NCBI RefSeq assembly: GCF_009914755.1 | Contig: NC_060948.1 | Length of the DNA stretch: 64,000 nt | Reading direction: 5' to 3' (one strand) | Source of the DNA: the human T2T-CHM13v2.0 reference genome, Homo sapiens | Shown here: positions 12,290-26,395 of the stretch, in pieces | Layout: every line of letters begins with the position of its first letter | How positions within the stretch are numbered: the first letter of the stretch is position 1 | The notes under the pieces: model-generated | Database searches by the model: none | Seen by the model: the letters and a program-made list of their open reading frames with translations, nothing else | Told to the model about the DNA's origin: nothing | Translations under genes and position numbers: made by a program

Positions 12290-15200
12290 CCTGGAATAAA
12301 GTGGAATGCTACGGTCTCGAATGGAATAAAAATGTATGGAATGGAATGCAAAGAAACGGAATCGAATGTCATAGAATGTAATGGAATGCAAAAAAATGGA
12401 CTCCAAAATCATTGACTGGAAAGGCTGGGTGTCGAAAGGAATTGACTCCAATGGAATGGAATCGAATGGAATGGAAGTGAATAGAATCGAACTAAATCGA
12501 ATGGAATGGAATTGATAGGAACGGAATGGAAAGGAATGAAATGATTTGGCATGGAATGGAATCGAATGGCATCGAATGGAATGGAATGGAATGCAATGCA
12601 ATGGAATGTATTAGAATGTAATGAACTTTAATGGAATGTACTCGAATGGATTCGACTGGAATGGAATGTTCTGGAAGTGAATGGACTCCAATGGAATGGA
12701 TTGAAAAGGAATGGAATCGTACGGAATGGAATCTAATGGAATGGAATTAAATGGAAATGAATGAAATTGAATAGCACGGAATTGAATTGAATGGAATCGA
12801 ATGCAATGGAATCTAATGAAACGGAAAGGAAAGGAATGGAATGGAATGGAATGGGCTGGAATGGAAAGGAATCGAAACGAATGGAATGGAATCGAACTGA
12901 AGACACTGGAATGGAATGCACTGGAATGGAAGGGAGTGTAATGGAAGGTTCTCGAAAAAAATGGAATCGAATGGAATGGAATTGAATGGAACGGAATAGA
13001 GTCGAATGGAATTGAATGGAATGGAATGGACTAGAGTGAAATGGAATCGAACCACAAGGAATGGACAGGAATAGAATGGTCTCGAATTGAATGGAATCGT
13101 ATGGAATGGCATCAAACGGAATGGAATGGACAGCCACGGAATGGAATGCACTCGAATGCAATGGAGTCGAAACTAATGGACTGGAATAGAATGGACTCGA
13201 CTGGTACGGACTCCAATGGAATGGAATCGAATGGAAGGGAATCGAACGGAATGGACTCGAAGGGAAAAGACTGCAATGGAAAGGTCTCGAATGGAATGGA
13301 AATTAATGGAATGGAATGGAATCGAATGAAATGGAGTCAAAAGGAATGGAATCGAATGGCAAGAAATCGAATGTAATGGAATCGCAAGGAATTGATGTGA
13401 ACGGAACGGAATGGAATGGAATCCAAAGAAATGGAATAGAATGGAATGGAATCGAATGGAAAGAACTCGAATGGAAATCACTCGAATAGAATGCAATTTA
13501 ATAAAATAGGATGAAATGTAACGGAATGGAATGGAAAGGAATCGAAACGAAAGGAATGGAGACAGATGGAATGGAATGGAACAGAGAGCAATGGTATAGA
13601 ATGGAATGGAATCATCTGGAATGGAATTGAATGGAATGGAATAATATGAAATGGAATGGAATGGAATGGAATGCCCTTGAATTAAATGGACTGGAATGGA
13701 ATGGACTCGAACAGAGTGGAATGGAAAGTGTTGAGATAGAATGGAATGGACTCCTTTGGAATAGTCTAGTATGCAATGCAATGGACTGGCAGGGAATCAA
13801 AAGGAATGTAATCGAATGGATTGGACTGGAATGCAATGGACTCGAATAGATTGGAAACGGAATGCAAAGGAATGGAATGGAATAGTATGGAATGGAATGG
13901 AAAGGAATGGAGTGGAATAGACTAGAGTGGAATGGAATGGACTCGAAAGCAATGGACTGGAATGGAACTTTCTTGAATGGACTGGAATCCAACGGAATGG
14001 AATGCAATGCAATCAAATGGCATGGAATAAAATAGAATGAAAGAGAATCAAATGGAATTGAATCGAATGGAATCGAATGGATTGGAAAGGAATAGAATGG
14101 AATGGAATGGAATTGACTCAAATGGAATGGACTAGAATGGAATGGATTCGAATGGAAGGCAAAGGAATGGAATCTATTGGAATGGACAGCAATGGAATGG
14201 AAAGGAAGGGATTGGAATGGACTCGAATGGAATGGACTGCAATAGAAAGGATTCGAATGGAATGAAAAAGAATTGAATGGAATAGAACAGAATGGAATCA
14301 AATCGAATGAAATGGAATGGAATAGAAAGGAATGGAATGAAATGGAATGGAAAGGATTCGAATGGAATGCAATCGAATGGAATGGAATCGAACGGAATGG
14401 AATAAAATGGAAGCAAACTGGCAAGAAATGGAATCGAAATGAATGGAGTGTTATGGAACGGACTCCAAAGGAATTGAATGTAATAGAATGGAGTGGAGTG
14501 GACTCGAATATAATGGACTGGAATGGAATGAAATCACATGGAATGGGAACGAATGGAATGGAATGGAAAGGAATGGAATCGAATGGAAAGGAATCGAATG
14601 GAAGGGAATGAAATTGAATCAACAGGAATGGAAGGGAATAGAATAGACGGTAATGGAATGGACTCGAATAGAATGGACACGAATGCTCAAATTGAATGGA
14701 CTCGAATGGAATGGAAACGAAAGGAATGTCATCGAATGGAATTGAATCGATTGGAACGAAATCGCATAGAATGGAGTGGAATCAAATGGAATTGAATCGA
14801 AAGGAAAGGAAGCGAATGGACTGAAATGAAATGGAATGGAATTGAATGGAAAGTAAAGCAATGGAATAGAATGGAACGAAATTTCACGGAATGGAATCAA
14901 ACTGAATGGAATCAAATCAATGGAATATAATCAAATGGAATGGAAAGGAATTGAATGGAGTAGATGGGATTGGATGGGATTGGAATGAAATGTACTGGAA
15001 AGGACTCGAATTTCATGAAACGGAATGGAATGAATTGGAACGGAATGGACTCGAATGGAATGGAATGTCATGGAATGGCATCAAATGGAATGGAATCGAA
15101 TGCAATGGAATGCTATGGAATGGAATGGAATGCATTGGAATGGAATGTCCTCTAATGGAATGGATTCGAGTGGAATGGAATCGAATATAATGGAGTCGAA

Positions 15201-15808
15201 TGAAATGGAATTGAAAGGAATGGGATCGAATACAATGGAATATACTGGAATGTAATGTAATGAACTCGAATGTAATTGACTGGAATGGAATGTACATGAA
15301 TGGAATGTAATCGAATGGAAAGTAATCCAATGGAATAGAATCTAATGCAATAAAATCGACTCAGATAGAGTAGAATGTAATGGAATGGAGTGCAGTGCAA
15401 TGGAATGGAATGGAATGGAATGCAATGGAATGGAATGGAATGGGATGGAATGGTATGGAATGGATAGTAATGGACTGGAGTGAAATGGACTGGAAAGGAA
15501 TGGACTCAAATTGAAAGGGCTCGAAAGGAATGGAGTCAAATGGAATGGTCTGGAATGGAATGAACACGAATGTAATGCAATCCAATAGAATGGAATCGAA
15601 TGGCATGGAATATAAAGAAATGGAATCGAAGAGAATGGAAACAAACGGAATGGAATTGAATGGAATGGAATTGAATGGAATGGGAACGAATGGAGTGAAA
15701 TTGTATGCAGTAGAAGAGAATAGAATGGAATGCAAGCGAAAGGAAAGGAATGGATTGGAATGGAATGGAATTCATTGGAATGGAAGGGAATGTAGTGTAA
15801 TGGACAGG
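12290..15808 (+). repeat. DYZ1 unit H4, 3519 bp
   Basis: GGCC at 12288 and 15807; single copy of the 15-bp module at ~15072. Confidence 0.9.
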
Positions 15809-18800
15809 CCTGGAATAAAGTGGAATGCTACGGTCTCGAATGGAATAAAAATGTATGGAATGGAATGCAAAGAAACGGAATCGAATGTCATAGAATGTAA
15901 TGGAATGCAAAAAAATGGACTCCAAAATCATTGACTGGAAAGGCTGGGTGTCGAAAGGAATTGACTCCAATGGAATGGAATCGAATGGAATGGAAGTGAA
16001 TAGAATCGAACTAAATCGAATGGAATGGAATTGATAGGAACGGAATGGAAAGGAATGAAATGATTTGGCATGGAATGGAATCGAATGGCATCGAATGGAA
16101 TGGAATGGAATGCAATTCAATGGAATGTATTAGAATGTAATGAACTTTAATGGAATGTACTCGAATGGATTCGACTGGAATGGAATGTTCTGGAAGTGAA
16201 TGGACTCCAATGGAATGGATTGAAAAGGAATGGAATCGTACGGAATGGAATCTAATGGAATGGAATTAAATGGAAATGAATCAAATTGAATAGCACGGAA
16301 TTGAATTGAATGGAATCGAATGCAATGGAATCTAATGAAACGGAAAGGAAAGGAATGGAATGGAATGGAATGGGCTGGAATGGAAAGGAATCGAAACGCA
16401 TGGAATGGAATCGAACTGAAGAGACTGGAATGGAATGCAGTGGAATGGAAGGGAGTGTAATGGAAGGTTCTCGAAAAAAATGGAATCGAATGGAATGGAA
16501 TTGAATGGAACGGAATAGAGTCGAATGGAATTGAATGGAATGGAATGGACTAGAGTGAAATGGAATCGAACCACAAGGAATGGACAGGAATAGAATGGTC
16601 TCGAATTGAATGGAATCGTATGGAATGGCATCAAACGGAATGGAATAGACAGCCACGGAATGGAATGCACTCGAATGCAATGGAGTCGAAACTAATGGAC
16701 TGGAATAGAATGGACTCGACTGGTACGGACTCCAATGGAATGGAATCGAATGGAAGGGAATCGAACGGAATGGACTCGAAGGGAAAAGACTGCAATGGAA
16801 AGGTCTCGAATGGAATGGAAATTAATGGAATGGAATGGAATCGAATGAAATGGAGTCAAAAGGAATGGAATCGAATGGCAAGAAATCGAATGTAATGGAA
16901 TCGCAAGGAATTGATGTGAACGGAACGGAATGGAATGGAATCCAAAGAAATGGAATAGAATGGAATGGAATCGAATGGAAAGAACTCGAATGGAAATCAC
17001 TCGAATAGAATGCAATTTAATAAAATAGGATGAAATGTAACGGAATGGAATGGAAAGGAATCGAAACGAAAGGAATGGAGACAGATGGAATGGAATGGAA
17101 CAGAGAGCAATGGTATAGAATGGAATGGAATCATCTGGAATGGAATTGAATGGAATGGAATAATATGAAATGGAATGGAATGGAATGGAATGCCCTTGAA
17201 TTAAATGGACTGGAATGGAATGGACTCGAACAGAGTGGAATGGAAAGTGTTGAGATAGAATGGAATGGACTCCTTTGGAATAGTCTAGTATGCAATGCAA
17301 TGGACTGGCAGGGAATCAAAAGGAATGTAATCGAATGGATTGGACTGGAATGCAATGGACTCGAATAGATTGGAAACGGAATGCAAAGGAATGGAATGGA
17401 ATAGTATGGAATGGAATGGAAAGGAATGGAGTGGAATAGACTAGAGTGGAATGGAATGGACTCGAAAGCAATGGACTGGAATGGAACTTTCTTGAATGGA
17501 CTGGAATCCAACGGAATGGAATGCAATGCAATCAAATGGCATGGAATAAAATAGAATGAAAGAGAATCAAATGGAATTGAATCGAATGGAATCGAATGGA
17601 TTGGAAAGGAATAGAATGGAATGGAATGGAATTGACTCAAATGGAATGGACTAGAATGGAATGGATTCGAATGGAAGGCAAAGGAATGGAATCTATTGGA
17701 ATGGACAGCAATGGAATGGAAAGGAAGGGATTGGAATGGACTCGAATGGAATGGACTGCAATAGAAAGGATTCGAATGGAATGAAAAAGAATTGAATGGA
17801 ATAGAACAGAATGGAATCAAATCGAATGAAATGGAATGGAATAGAAAGGAATGGAATGAAATGGAATGGAAAGGATTCGAATGGAATGCAATCGAATGGA
17901 ATGGAATCGAACGGAATGGAATAAAATGGAAGAAAACTGGCAAGAAATGGAATCGAAATGAATGGAGTGTTATGGAACGGACTCCAAAGGAATTGAATGT
18001 AATAGAATGGAGTGGAGTGGACTCGAATATAATGGACTGGAATGGAATGAAATCACATGGAATGGGAACGAATGGAATGGAATGGAAAGGAATGGAATCG
18101 AATGGAAAGGAATCGAATGGAAGGGAATGAAATTGAATCAACAGGAATGGAAGGGAATAGAATAGACGGTAATGGAATGGACTCGAATAGAATGGACACG
18201 AATGCTCAAATTGAATGGACTCGAATGGAATGGAAACGAAAGGAATGTCATCGAATGGAATTGAATCGATTGGAACGAAATCGCATAGAATGGAGTGGAA
18301 TCAAATGGAATTGAATCGAAAGGAAAGGAAGCGAATGGACTGAAATGAAATGGAATGGAATTGAATGGAAAGTAAAGCAATGGAATAGAATGGAACGAAA
18401 TTTCACGGAATGGAATCAAACTGAATGGAATCAAATCAATGGAATATAATCAAATGGAATGGAAAGGAATTGAATGGAGTAGATGGGATTGGATGGGATT
18501 GGAATGAAATGTACTGGAAAGGACTCGAATTTCATGAAACGGAATGGAATGAATTGGAACGGAATGGACTCGAATGGAATGGAATGTCATGGAATGGCAT
18601 CAAATGGAATGGAATCGAATGCAATGGAATGCTATGGAATGGAATGGAATGCATTGGAATGGAATGTCCTCTAATGGAATGGATTCGAGTGGAATGGAAT
18701 CGAATATAATGGAGTCGAATGAAATGGAATTGAAAGGAATGGGATCGAATACAATGGAATATACTGGAATGTAATGTAATGAACTCGAATGTAATTGACT

Positions 18801-19327
18801 GGAATGGAATGTACATGAATGGAATGTAATCGAATGGAAAGTAATCCAATGGAATAGAATCTAATGCAATAAAATCGACTCAGATAGAGTAGAATGTAAT
18901 GGAATGGAGTGCAGTGCAATGGAATGGAATGGAATGGAATGCAATGGAATGGAATGGAATGGGATGGAATGGTATGGAATGGATAGTAATGGACTGGAGT
19001 GAAATGGACTGGAAAGGAATGGACTCAAATTGAAAGGGCTCGAAAGGAATGGAGTCAAATGGAATGGTCTGGAATGGAATGAACACGAATGTAATGCAAT
19101 CCAATAGAATGGAATCGAATGGCATGGAATATAAAGAAATGGAATCGAAGAGAATGGAAACAAACGGAATGGAATTGAATGGAATGGAATTGAATGGAAT
19201 GGGAACGAATGGAGTGAAATTGTATGCAGTAGAAGAGAATAGAATGGAATGCAAGCGAAAGGAAAGGAATGGATTGGAATGGAATGGAATTCATTGGAAT
19301 GGAAGGGAATGTAGTGTAATGGACAGG
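15809..19327 (+). repeat. DYZ1 unit H5, 3519 bp
   Basis: GGCC at 15807 and 19326; single 15-bp module. Confidence 0.9.
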
Positions 19328-22300
19328 CCTGGAATAAAGTGGAATGCTACGGTCTCGAATGGAATAAAAATGTATGGAATGGAATGCAAAGAAACGGAAT
19401 CGAATGTCATAGAATGTAATGGAATGCAAAAAAATGGACTCCAAAATCATTGACTGGAAAGGCTGGGTGTCGAAAGGAATTGACTCCAATGGAATGGAAT
19501 CGAATGGAATGGAAGTGAATAGAATCGAACTAAATCGAATGGAATGGAATTGATAGGAACGGAATGGAAAGGAATGAAATGATTTGGCATGGAATGGAAT
19601 CGAATGGCATCGAATGGAATGGAATGGAATGCAATTCAATGGAATGTATTAGAATGTAATGAACTTTAATGGAATGTACTCGAATGGATTCGACTGGAAT
19701 GGAATGTTCTGGAAGTGAATGGACTCCAATGGAATGGATTGAAAAGGAATGGAATCGTACGGAATGGAATCTAATGGAATGGAATTAAATGGAAATGAAT
19801 CAAATTGAATAGCACGGAATTGAATTGAATGGAATCGAATGCAATGGAATCTAATGAAACGGAAAGGAAAGGAATGGAATGGAATGGAATGGGCTGGAAT
19901 GGAAAGGAATCGAAACGCATGGAATGGAATCGAACTGAAGAGACTGGAATGGAATGCAGTGGAATGGAAGGGAGTGTAATGGAAGGTTCTCGAAAAAAAT
20001 GGAATCGAATGGAATGGAATTGAATGGAACGGAATAGAGTCGAATGGAATTGAATGGAATGGAATGGACTAGAGTGAAATGGAATCGAACCACAAGGAAT
20101 GGACAGGAATAGAATGGTCTCGAATTGAATGGAATCGTATGGAATGGCATCAAACGGAATGGAATAGACAGCCACGGAATGGAATGCACTCGAATGCAAT
20201 GGAGTCGAAACTAATGGACTGGAATAGAATGGACTCGACTGGTACGGACTCCAATGGAATGGAATCGAATGGAAGGGAATCGAACGGAATGGACTCGAAG
20301 GGAAAAGACTGCAATGGAAAGGTCTCGAATGGAATGGAAATTAATGGAATGGAATGGAATCGAATGAAATGGAGTCAAAAGGAATGGAATCGAATGGCAA
20401 GAAATCGAATGTAATGGAATCGCAAGGAATTGATGTGAACGGAACGGAATGGAATGGAATCCAAAGAAATGGAATAGAATGGAATGGAATCGAATGGAAA
20501 GAACTCGAATGGAAATCACTCGAATAGAATGCAATTTAATAAAATAGGATGAAATGTAACGGAATGGAATGGAAAGGAATCGAAACGAAAGGAATGGAGA
20601 CAGATGGAATGGAATGGAACAGAGAGCAATGGTATAGAATGGAATGGAATCATCTGGAATGGAATTGAATGGAATGGAATAATATGAAATGGAATGGAAT
20701 GGAATGGAATGCCCTTGAATTAAATGGACTGGAATGGAATGGACTCGAACAGAGTGGAATGGAAAGTGTTGAGATAGAATGGAATGGACTCCTTTGGAAT
20801 GGTCTAGTATGCAATGCAATGGACTGGCAGGGAATCAAAAGGAATGTAATCGAATGGATTGGACTGGAATGCAATGGACTCGAATAGATTGGAAACGGAA
20901 TGCAAAGGAATGGAATGGAATAGTATGGAATGGAATGGAAAGGAATGGAGTGGAATAGACTAGAGTGGAATGGAATGGACTCGAAAGCAATGGACTGGAA
21001 TGGAACTTTCTTGAATGGACTGGAATCAAACGGAATGGAATGCAATGCAATCAAATGGCATGGAATAAAATAGAATGAAAGAGAATCAAATGGAATTGAA
21101 TCGAATGCAATCGAATGGATTGGAAAGGAATAGAATGGAATGGAATGGAATTGACTCAAATGGAATGGACTAGAATGGAATGGATTCGAATGGAAGGCAA
21201 AGGAATGGAATCTATTGGAATGGACAGCAATGGAATGGAAAGGAAGGGATTGGAATGGACTCGAATGGAATGGACTGCAATAGAAAGGATTCGAATGGAA
21301 TGAAAAAGAATTGAATGGAATAGAACAGAATGGAATCAAATCGAATGAAATGGAATGGAATAGAAAGGAATGGAATGAAATGGAATGGAAAGGATTCGAA
21401 TGGAATGCAATCGAATGGAATGGAATCGAACGGAATGGAATAAAATGGAAGAAAACTGGCAAGAAATGGAATCGAAATGAATGGAGTGTTATGGAACGGA
21501 CTCCAAAGGAATTGAATGTAATAGAATGGAGTGGAGTGGACTCGAATATAATGGACTGGAATGGAATGAAATCACATGGAATGGGAACGAATGGAATGGA
21601 ATGGAAAGGAATGGAATCGAATGGAAAGGAATCGAATGGAAGGGAATGAAATTGAATCAACAGGAATGGAAGGGAATAGAATAGATGGTAATGGAATGGA
21701 CTCGAATAGAATGGACACGAATGCTCAAATTGAATGGACTCGAATGGAATGGAAACGAAAGGAATGTCATCGAATGGAATTGAATCGATTGGAATGAAAT
21801 GGCATAGAATGGAGTGGAATCAAATGGAATTGAATCGAAAGGAAAGGAAGCGAATGGACTGAAATGAAATGGAATGGAATTGAATGGAAAGTAAAGCAAT
21901 GGAATAGAATGGAACGAAATTTCACGGAATGGAATCAAACTGAATGGAATCAAATCAATGGAATATAACCAAATGGAATGGAAAGGAATTGAATGGAGTA
22001 GATGGGATTGGATGGGATTGGAATGAAATGTACTGGAAAGGACTCGAAGTTCATGAAACGGAATGGAATGAATTGGAACGGAATGGACTCGAATGGAATG
22101 GAATGTCATGGAATGGACTGTCATGGAATGGCATCAAATGGAATGGCATCAAATGGAATGGAATCGAATGCAATGGAATCCTACGGAATGGAATGGAATG
22201 CTTTGGAATGGAATGTCCTCTAATGGAATGGATTCGAGTGGAATGGAATCGAATATAATGGAGTCGAATGAAATGGAATTGAAAGGAATGGGATCGAATA

Positions 22301-22876
22301 CAATGGAATATACTGGAATGTAATGTAATGAACTCGAATGTAATTGACTGGAATGGAATGTACATGAATGGAATGTAATCAAATGGAAAGTAATCCAATG
22401 GAATAGAATCTAATGCAATAAAATCGACTCAGATAGAGTAGAATGTAATGGAATGGAGTGCAGTGCAATGGAATGGAATGGAATGGAATGCAATGGAATG
22501 GAATGGAATGGGATGGAATGGTATGGAATGGATAGTAATGGACTGGAGTGAAATGGACTGGAAAGGAATGGACTCAAATTGAAAGGGCTCGAAAGGAATG
22601 GAGTCAAATGGAATGGTCTGGAATGGAATGAACACGAATGTAATGCAATCCAATAGAATGGAATCGAATGGCATGGAATATAAAGAAATGGAATCGAAGA
22701 GAATGGAAACAAACGGAATGGAATTGAATGGAATGGAATTGAATGGAATGGGAACGAATGGAGTGAAATTGTATGCAGTAGAAGAGAATAGAATGGAATG
22801 CAAGCGAAAGGAAAGGAATGGATTGGAATGGAATGGAATTCATTGGAATGGAAGGGAATGTAGTGTAATGGACAGG
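19328..22876 (+). repeat. DYZ1 unit H6, 3549 bp (longest)
   Basis: GGCC at 19326 and 22875; two 15-bp modules plus an extra GGAATGGACTGTCAT at 22110-22124. Confidence 0.9.
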
Positions 22877-25800
22877 CCTGGAATAAAGTGGAATGCTACG
22901 GTCTCGAATGGAATAAAAATGTATGGAATGGAATGCAAAGAAACGGAATCGAATGTCATAGAATGTAATGGAATGCAAAAAAATGGACTCCAAAATCATT
23001 GACTGGAAAGGCTGGGTGTCGAAAGGAATTGACTCCAATGGAATGGAATCGAATGGAATGGAAGTGAATAGAATCGAACTAAATCGAATGGAATGGAATT
23101 GATAGGAACGGAATGGAAAGGAATGAAATGATTTGGCATGGAATGGAATCGAATGGCATCGAATGGAATGGAATGGAATGCAATGCAATGGAATGTATTA
23201 GAATGTAATGAACTTTAATGGAATGTACTCGAATGGATTCGACTGGAATGGAATGTTCTGGAAGTGAATGGACTCCAATGCAATGGATTGAAAAGGAATG
23301 GAATCGTACGGAATGGAATCTAATGGAATGGAATTAAATGGAAATGAATCAAATTGAATAGCACGGAATTGAATTGAATGGAATCGAATGCAATGGAATC
23401 TAATGAAACGGAAAGGAAAGGAATGGAATGGAATGGAATGGGCTGGAATGGAAAGGAATCGAAACGAATGGAATGGAATCGAACTGAAGAGACTGGAATG
23501 GAATGCACTGGAATGGAAGGGAGTGTAATGGAAGGTTCTCGAAAAAAATGGAATCGAATGGAATGGAATTGAATGGAACGGAATAGAGTCGAATGGAATT
23601 GAATGGAATGGAATGGACTAGAGTGAAATGGAATCGAACCACAAGGAATGGACAGGAATAGAATGGTCTCGAATTGAATGGAATCGTATGGAATGGCATC
23701 AAACGGAATGGAATGGACAGCCACGGAATGGAATGCACTCGAATGCAATGGAGTCGAAACTAATGGACTGGAATAGAATGGACTCGACTGGTACGGACTC
23801 CAATGGAATGGAATCGAATGGAAGGGAATCGAACGGAATGGACTCGAAGGGAAAAGACTGCAATGGAAAGGTCTCGAATGGAATGGAAATTAATGGAATG
23901 GAATGGAATCGAATGAAATGGAGTCAAAAGGAATGGAATCGAATGGCAAGAAATCGAATGTAATGGAATCGCAAGGAATTGATGTGAACGGAACGGAAAG
24001 GAATGGAATCCAAAGAAATGGAATAGAATGGAATGGAATCGAATGGAAAGAACTCGAATGGAAATCACTCGAATAGAATGCAATTTAATAAAATAGGATG
24101 AAATGTAACGGAATGGAATAGAAAGGAATCGAAACGAAAGGAATGGAGACAGATGGAATGGAATGGAACAGAGAGCAATGGTATAGAATGGAATGGAATC
24201 ATCTGGAATGGAATTGAATGGAATGGAATAATATGAAATGGAATGGAATGGAATGGAATGCCCTTGAATTAAATGGACTGGAATGGAATGGACTCTAACA
24301 GAGTGGAATGGAAAGTGTTGAGATAGAATGGAATGGACTCCTTTGGAATAGTCTAGTATGCAATGCAATGGACTGGCAGGGAATCAAAAGGAATGTAATC
24401 GAATGGATTGGACTGGAATGCAATGGACTCGAATAGATTGGAAACGGAATGCAAAGGAATGGAATGGAATAGTATGGAATGGAATGGAAAGGAATGGAGT
24501 GGAATAGACTAGAGTGGAATGGAATGGACTCGAAAGCAATGGACTGGAATGGAACTTTCTTGAATGGACTGGAATCAAACGGAATGGAATGCAATGCAAT
24601 CAAATGGCATGGAATAAAATAGAATGAAAGAGAATCAAATGGAATTGAATCGAATGGAATCGAATGGATTGGAAAGGAATAGAATGGAATGGAATGGAAT
24701 TGACTCAAATGGAATGGACTAGAATGGAATGGATTCGAACGGAAGGCAAAGGAATGGAATCTATCGGAATGGACAGCAATGGAATGGAAAGGAAGGGATT
24801 GGAATGGACTCGAATGGAATGGACTGCAATAGAAAGGATTCGAATGGAATGAAAAAGAATTGAATGGAATAGAACAGAATGGAATGAAATCGAATGAAAT
24901 GGAATGGAATAGAAAGGAATGGAATGAAATGGAATGGAAAGGATTCGAATGGAATGCAATCGAATGGAATGGAATCGAACGGAATGGAATAAAATGGAAG
25001 AAAACTGGCAAGAAATGGAATCGAAATGAATGGAGTGTTATGGAACGGACTCCAAAGGAATTGAATGTAATAGAATGGAGTGGAGTGGACTCGAATATAA
25101 TGGACTGGAATGGAATGAAATCACATGGAATGGGAACGAATGGAATGGAATGGAAAGGAATGGAATCGAATGGAAAGGAATCGAATGGAAGGGAATGAAA
25201 TTGAATCAACAGGAATGGAAGGGAATAGAATAGACGGTAATGGAATGGACTCGAATAGAATGGACACGAATGCTCAAATTGAATGGACTCGAATGGAATG
25301 GAAACGAAAGGAATGTCATCGAATGGAATTGAATCGATTGGAACGAAATCGCATAGAATGGAGTGGAATCAAATGGAATTGAATCGAAAGGAAAGGAAGC
25401 GAATGGACTGAAATGAAATGGAATGGAATTGAATGGAAAGTAAAGCAATGGAATAGAATGGAACGAAATTTCACGGAATGGAATCAAACTGAATGGAATC
25501 AAATCAATGGAATATAATCAAATGGAATGGAAAGGAATTGAATGGAGTAGATGGGATTGGATGGGATTGGAATGAAATGTACTGGAAAGGACTCGAATTT
25601 CATGAAACGGAATGGAATGAATTGGAACGGAATGGACTCGAATGGAATGGAATGTCATGGAATGGCATCAAATGGAATGGAATCGAATGCAATGGAATGC
25701 TATGGAATGGAATGGAATGCATTGGAATGGAATGTCCTCTAATGGAATGGATTCGAGTGGAATGGAATCGAATATAATGGAGTCGAATGAAATGGAATTG

Positions 25801-26395
25801 AAAGGAATGGGATCGAATACAATGGAATATACTGGAATGTAATGTAATGAACTCGAATGTAATTGACTGGAATGGAATGTACATGAATGGAATGTAATCG
25901 AATGGAAAGTAATCCAATGGAATAGAATCTAATGCAATAAAATCGACTCAGATAGAGTAGAATGTAATGGAATGGAGTGCAGTGCAATGGAATGGAATGG
26001 AATGGAATGCAATGGAATGGAATGGAATGGGATGGAATGGTATGGAATGGATAGTAATGGACTGGAGTGAAATGGACTGGAAAGGAATGGACTCAAATTG
26101 AAAGGGCTCGAAAGGAATGGAGTCAAATGGAATGGTCTGGAATGGAATGAACACGAATGTAATGCAATCCAATAGAATGGAATCGAATGGCATGGAATAT
26201 AAAGAAATGGAATCGAAGAGAATGGAAACAAACGGAATGGAATTGAATGGAATGGAATTGAATGGAATGGGAACGAATGGAGTGAAATTGTATGCAGTAG
26301 AAGAGAATAGAATGGAATGCAAGCGAAAGGAAAGGAATGGATTGGAATGGAATGGAATTCATGGGAATGGAAGGGAATGTAGTGTAATGGACAGG
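22877..26395 (+). repeat. DYZ1 unit H7, 3519 bp
   Basis: GGCC at 22875 and 26394. Confidence 0.9.
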
